Assembly (NCBI GenBank): GCA_964493715.1
Contig: CAZBPC010000029.1
Coordinates: forward strand, 2,205-34,356
Length of the DNA: 32,152 bases
Direction of reading: 5' to 3'
DNA from: an uncultured archaeon
Lineage (GTDB): Archaea > Asgardarchaeota > Lokiarchaeia > Sigyniarchaeales > SOKP01
Part shown: piece after piece, positions 28,449-32,152 of the stretch
Numbering within the stretch: the stretch's first letter is position 1
How the letters are laid out: each line of letters begins with the position of its first letter
Made by a program: the position numbers and the translations under genes
The notes under the pieces: model-generated
Database searches by the model: none
Told to the model about the DNA's origin: nothing
Seen by the model: the letters and a program-made list of their open reading frames with translations, nothing else

Positions 28449-29975
28449 ATGGTTATTCCTTTACCCGGTACACCTGTAATAGTAGATGTAGGTTCGGCTT
28501 ATTGCAAAGTAGGTTTTGCAGGAGAACCTAGTCCCCGATTTGTCTTTCCAACAATAACAGGCACAGAAAAATATAAAGCTGTGATGGTTGATGTTAATGC
28601 AAGAAATATTTATATTGGAAACGATGCGTCTCGAATGAGAGGGGTACTTAAGGTAAAACACCCAATAGATAGAGGTGCTATTTTGGATTGGAATGATTAT
28701 TATGAAATTTTAAATTATATATTTTATACTCTTCTAAGGATTGATAATCTCTCCAATTATCCTGTCCTCTATACTGAAGCTCCCTTTGTACAAAGAGAAA
28801 CTAAAGAATATATCGCACGTGTTTTATATGAAACACATAGAATTAAAAGTTTAATAATGGTTCCAACTCCTATTCTTTCAATATTTAGTGTGGGATTGAC
28901 AACGGGTCTCGTGATTGAGTCTGGAGACGGATTAACATGGGTGTGCCCTATTATTAATGGGCAAATTATAGATCAGAGCGTACAGAAATTGACTTTAGCT
29001 GGAATGGATGTAAATCAATATTTAAAAAATCTATTGATGAGAGAGGGCATCAATATAGAATCTTCTGCAGTAGAAGAGATTATTAGAGAAATTAAAGAAA
29101 AAAACTGTTATTTCATTTTAGATCCAGAAAGTCAACCAGATATGAATGATAGTTTCAATTTGTCGATGCCTGATGGTTCTTCGATAAATATTCCTCATTT
29201 TATCTTTCATGAAGCTCCAGAAGTAATGTTTCAACCCCAATTACTTGGATATCCGATTATGAGCATCTCTCAAGCAATTATTGAGAGTTTACAAGGAATA
29301 GATAAACATTATTGGTCAGACCTTTTATCTCATATTGTCATATCGGGAGGAAATTTCTCTTACTCTGGTTTTGAAGATCGATTAAAAATGGAGTTAAATG
29401 CGTTATTACCTCAATTAGGCAAGATTCCGAAACCTAAAGTTAATGAAGCTAAACAAGATTCTAAATTAAAATTAAAAAGTATAAAAGGTGGGAAAAAATC
29501 ACAGGATACATGTCCTCATTGTGGTACATTGGTAGATTTATCTGATGACAAAGAATTCTGCCCTTCGTGTGGTGGACGAATGATACTTCCCGAATTATCT
29601 ATAGAATTAGGTGGAACCCCATCAAAAGTTGAAATGATTGATGGAAAAGTAATATGTCCTCATTGTAATAAATTAATAGAAGACTTTTCATCTATTTTCT
29701 GCCCGTATTGTGGAAAGGGAGTGCAAACATTTGATCCCCCAGATGCAATGGCAAAAAAGATCAATCAAACGGTTCTTGCTAAAGAATTTTCTGGTTTTTA
29801 TGATTCGGTTGAAGAGGTATTAAGATATTTTGTTCCGGATAATCTTCAATATGCTATCTTTAATGGAGCTGCCATCTTAGGAAGTTTACCTTCTTTTCTT
29901 CGATTATTTGTAACTCATGAAGAGTTCTTGCAGAATAATGAACACTTATACAAAGACATAAGCGAAATTTTCTAA
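28449..29975 (+). CDS. Actin-family (actin-related) protein with double zinc-ribbon insertion
   Basis: DVGSAYCKVGFAG..P..VFP, PIDRG, TEAP, TTGLVIESGDG, LAGMDV, IKEK.CY, MPDG, PEVMFQP, ISGG and GAAILGSL. The insertion carries CPHC..CPSC and CPHC..CPYC. Confidence 0.93.
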   Translation: MVIPLPGTPVIVDVGSAYCKVGFAGEPSPRFVFPTITGTEKYKAVMVDVNARNIYIGNDASRMRGVLKVKHPIDRGAILDWNDYYEILNYIFYTLLRIDNLSNYPVLYTEAPFVQRETKEYIARVLYETHRIKSLIMVPTPILSIFSVGLTTGLVIESGDGLTWVCPIINGQIIDQSVQKLTLAGMDVNQYLKNLLMREGINIESSAVEEIIREIKEKNCYFILDPESQPDMNDSFNLSMPDGSSINIPHFIFHEAPEVMFQPQLLGYPIMSISQAIIESLQGIDKHYWSDLLSHIVISGGNFSYSGFEDRLKMELNALLPQLGKIPKPKVNEAKQDSKLKLKSIKGGKKSQDTCPHCGTLVDLSDDKEFCPSCGGRMILPELSIELGGTPSKVEMIDGKVICPHCNKLIEDFSSIFCPYCGKGVQTFDPPDAMAKKINQTVLAKEFSGFYDSVEEVLRYFVPDNLQYAIFNGAAILGSLPSFLRLFVTHEEFLQNNEHLYKDISEIF

Positions 29976-30147
29976 ATTCATTTAGTTAGAAATTTAGATG
30001 TCTCTTGTAAGAATTTTTATTAACTATGATAAATCTTAATAAACTGAAATTTTAAAACAACTCTGTTGAAATACCGATAATTTTTAATTTCAAGTTGAAT
30101 TAAAAAAATTAAATTCTATTTAAAACCAGATCGAGGTTTTTAGTTAA

Positions 30148-31251
30148 TTGAGATATAAAGTTCGGTATTTGACATTTAGCTTATTGTTCTTAGTAATATT
30201 TATGCTCATTATTCCTCTTGCTTCAGCGAAACCTAGAGATTCTTACTTAGTTGACTTTATTTATTCTAAACAAGTAGGAGATGAAGGTTTTGGTAATTCA
30301 TATCAAGATACTGCACAAGCTTTAGAGATATTAGATTATTTTAATGCTTTTACCGTTGAAGGTTTGTTTGGTGTTGAGAATAAAGTCGATGTCGCCACTC
30401 TGGGAGATTATTTAAATGATCAACTAACGGAGATGTTTGAGGATAAAAATGTGAATTTATATGATTTATATAGCATTTTAAAATCATTAACTTATCTCAA
30501 TTATTTGATAGACTCAGATCTGAGTTTGAATATTTATGCTTATCTCAATTCTTCTGGACATGTTAATGGTGGTTTTGCTCCAACAAATACTTCTAAAGCT
30601 GTAAATGTTGTTTCTACTTTCTATGCTTATCAAATATATGATCTACTTGAGGTAGACATGCCAAATCAAACTATTCATGTAAACTGGCTTCTCTCTTGTA
30701 ACAATACTGATGGTGGATATGGTGGTAATTCAACACTATCTTCTAATATATTAACTACTTCTCAAGTTGTTATATTAATTAAAGAACTAACCGGAAGTAC
30801 TGATAACCTTGTTAATAAAACTGCTACGCTGGAATATTTAACATCTTTTTACATAAGCAACGCTGCTGATGTTAATAATTTTGGAGGATATTTGCCTGAT
30901 ATTACCGCTCTAAACGTGCTATTAAGTAGTTCCTTTATATGTTCAGATTCAATTAGATTAATTGATTCAACAGAATTACATCAAGTCCCAACCATAAATA
31001 TGGTATTATCTCGTCAAAATTTTCAGGATGGAGGTTTTAGTGATAAAATTCCAGGAGTTTATAAAGAACTCTCATCAGTAACAGCATCCTATTATGCTTT
31101 CAAGATACTTTACACATTTGATTCGCTTCATTTATTAAATGAAGAGATATTTATGGTAGAATTCAATTATATGTTATTAACAATCGTGTTATTGGCAATA
31201 GGTATCTTGGTATTTGTTGCATACTGGGTTTGGCGTAAAAGAAAGATTTAA
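30148..31251 (+). CDS. Secreted, C-terminally anchored protein with prenyltransferase/squalene-cyclase-type (alpha/alpha toroid) repeats
   Basis: Signal peptide ending PLASA; repeats NGGF, CNNTDGGYG, FGGY and RQNFQDGGF; C-terminal TM followed by RKRKI; several N-x-S/T sequons. Confidence 0.75.
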   Translation: MRYKVRYLTFSLLFLVIFMLIIPLASAKPRDSYLVDFIYSKQVGDEGFGNSYQDTAQALEILDYFNAFTVEGLFGVENKVDVATLGDYLNDQLTEMFEDKNVNLYDLYSILKSLTYLNYLIDSDLSLNIYAYLNSSGHVNGGFAPTNTSKAVNVVSTFYAYQIYDLLEVDMPNQTIHVNWLLSCNNTDGGYGGNSTLSSNILTTSQVVILIKELTGSTDNLVNKTATLEYLTSFYISNAADVNNFGGYLPDITALNVLLSSSFICSDSIRLIDSTELHQVPTINMVLSRQNFQDGGFSDKIPGVYKELSSVTASYYAFKILYTFDSLHLLNEEIFMVEFNYMLLTIVLLAIGILVFVAYWVWRKRKI

Positions 31252-31348
31252 TCTTAACAAGTTTATTTAATAAACGTCTAATAATATTTATTTAATTTGA
31301 TCCTATTTTACTAGTTTATATCACATTTTAGATTAGAGCAAGATTGTT

Positions 31349-32152
31349 ATGGAAAAAATCTTAGATGGAAAAGCGCTTGCCCAAAAATTAAATAATGAAT
31401 TAAAATCTGAATTTAATCAATTATATATCTTCTCCAAAATTAAACCTAAACTCGCCACAATATTAGTTGGAGAAGATCCCGCTTCACAAGTATATATTAA
31501 CATAAAAACAAAAGTATGTGCAGAAGTTGGGATTGAATCAATTTCTATTAAACATCCTGCTAATATAGATAGTGAGGAATTAATAGCAAGTATTAAAGAA
31601 CTCAATCGTGATGATTCAATACATGGAATACTTCTCCAAATTCCCCTTCCAAATCACTTAAAACCTCACATTTCTACCTTTATCAACCAAATTTCACCTA
31701 AAAAAGATGTTGATGGGTTGCATCCTATTAATAAAGGCAAATTATTTGACTATAATGAAGAATATGCACCGTGTACACCGAAAGGAATCATCGCGCTTCT
31801 GGAACATTATAATGTAAATTTAAAAGGAAAGTTTACGGTAATTATCAATCGTTCAAATCTAGTTGGGAAACCATTAATCTTCTTATTATTAAAAAGAAAT
31901 GCCACAGTGGCAGTTTGCCATACTTCTACGATAAATATTGAGAAATTGACAAAAATGGCTGACATTTTAATAGTAGCTGTAGGTAAACCTAATTTTATCT
32001 CAAAAGATAAAATAAAAGAAGGAGCTATTCTCATAGATGTTGGTGTTAGCAGAGTAAATGGTAAATTATGCGGAGATGTTAATTTTAATGATGTATTTGA
32101 AAAATGTGGAATGATAACTCCAAATCCAGGCGGAATAGGTCCTCTCACAGTC
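31349..32152 (+). CDS. folD: Bifunctional methylene-THF dehydrogenase/cyclohydrolase, 3'-truncated by the window edge; not in the ORF track
   Basis: Translated by hand: MEKILDGKALA...LATILVGEDPASQVY...HGILLQIPLP...KDVDG...PCTPKG...NRSNLVGKP...IDVG...GDV...TPNPGGIGPLTV, open to 32152. Confidence 0.96.
   Translation, partial: MEKILDGKALAQKLNNELKSEFNQLYIFSKIKPKLATILVGEDPASQVYINIKTKVCAEVGIESISIKHPANIDSEELIASIKELNRDDSIHGILLQIPLPNHLKPHISTFINQISPKKDVDGLHPINKGKLFDYNEEYAPCTPKGIIALLEHYNVNLKGKFTVIINRSNLVGKPLIFLLLKRNATVAVCHTSTINIEKLTKMADILIVAVGKPNFISKDKIKEGAILIDVGVSRVNGKLCGDVNFNDVFEKCGMITPNPGGIGPLTV

Noticed and set aside
117-32148. Short ORFs in the track that overlap longer genes on the opposite strand (e.g. 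995-1303, 1787-2194, 6464-6868, 9228-9755, 12422-12775, 23137-23388, 31417-31605, 31807-32148)
   Set aside because: They are antisense shadows of well-supported genes (the last two lie opposite folD) and have no recognisable motifs.
1-32152. CRISPR array, tRNA/rRNA, transposase or integrase
   Set aside because: No spaced direct repeats, no GC-rich structured RNA segments and no recombinase motifs were seen. Intergenic gaps are short and AT-rich.

Overview
AT-rich, gene-dense archaeal chromosome segment. It is most consistent with an Asgard archaeon (Lokiarchaeia/Promethearchaeota-like), inferred from housekeeping genes (guaB, purH, folD, comDE, P-type IIA ATPase) occurring alongside eukaryotic-signature proteins: an actin-family protein, a Rab-like GTPase, a JAMM/MPN+TPR protein and PCI/winged-helix proteins. 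I saw no rRNA, tRNA, CRISPR array or recognisable mobile element. Main observations: (1) a gene missing from the ORF track at ~3086-3437 encodes a HesB/IscA-like protein with an in-frame TGA (U-x4-C), followed 18 nt after its stop by a eukaryote-type SECIS hairpin (AUGA..AA..GA). It is a candidate new Asgard selenoprotein whose ATG sits one base out of frame (ATG TTT TAA). (2) An actin-related protein has a ~130-aa insertion with two four-Cys zinc ribbons and lacks the Gln137/His161 equivalents. (3) A PCI-like protein, a double C2HC zinc-finger protein, a JAMM-TPR protein and a TPR protein cluster together, with a degenerate ComE upstream. All family calls come from reading motifs by eye; no database search was run.
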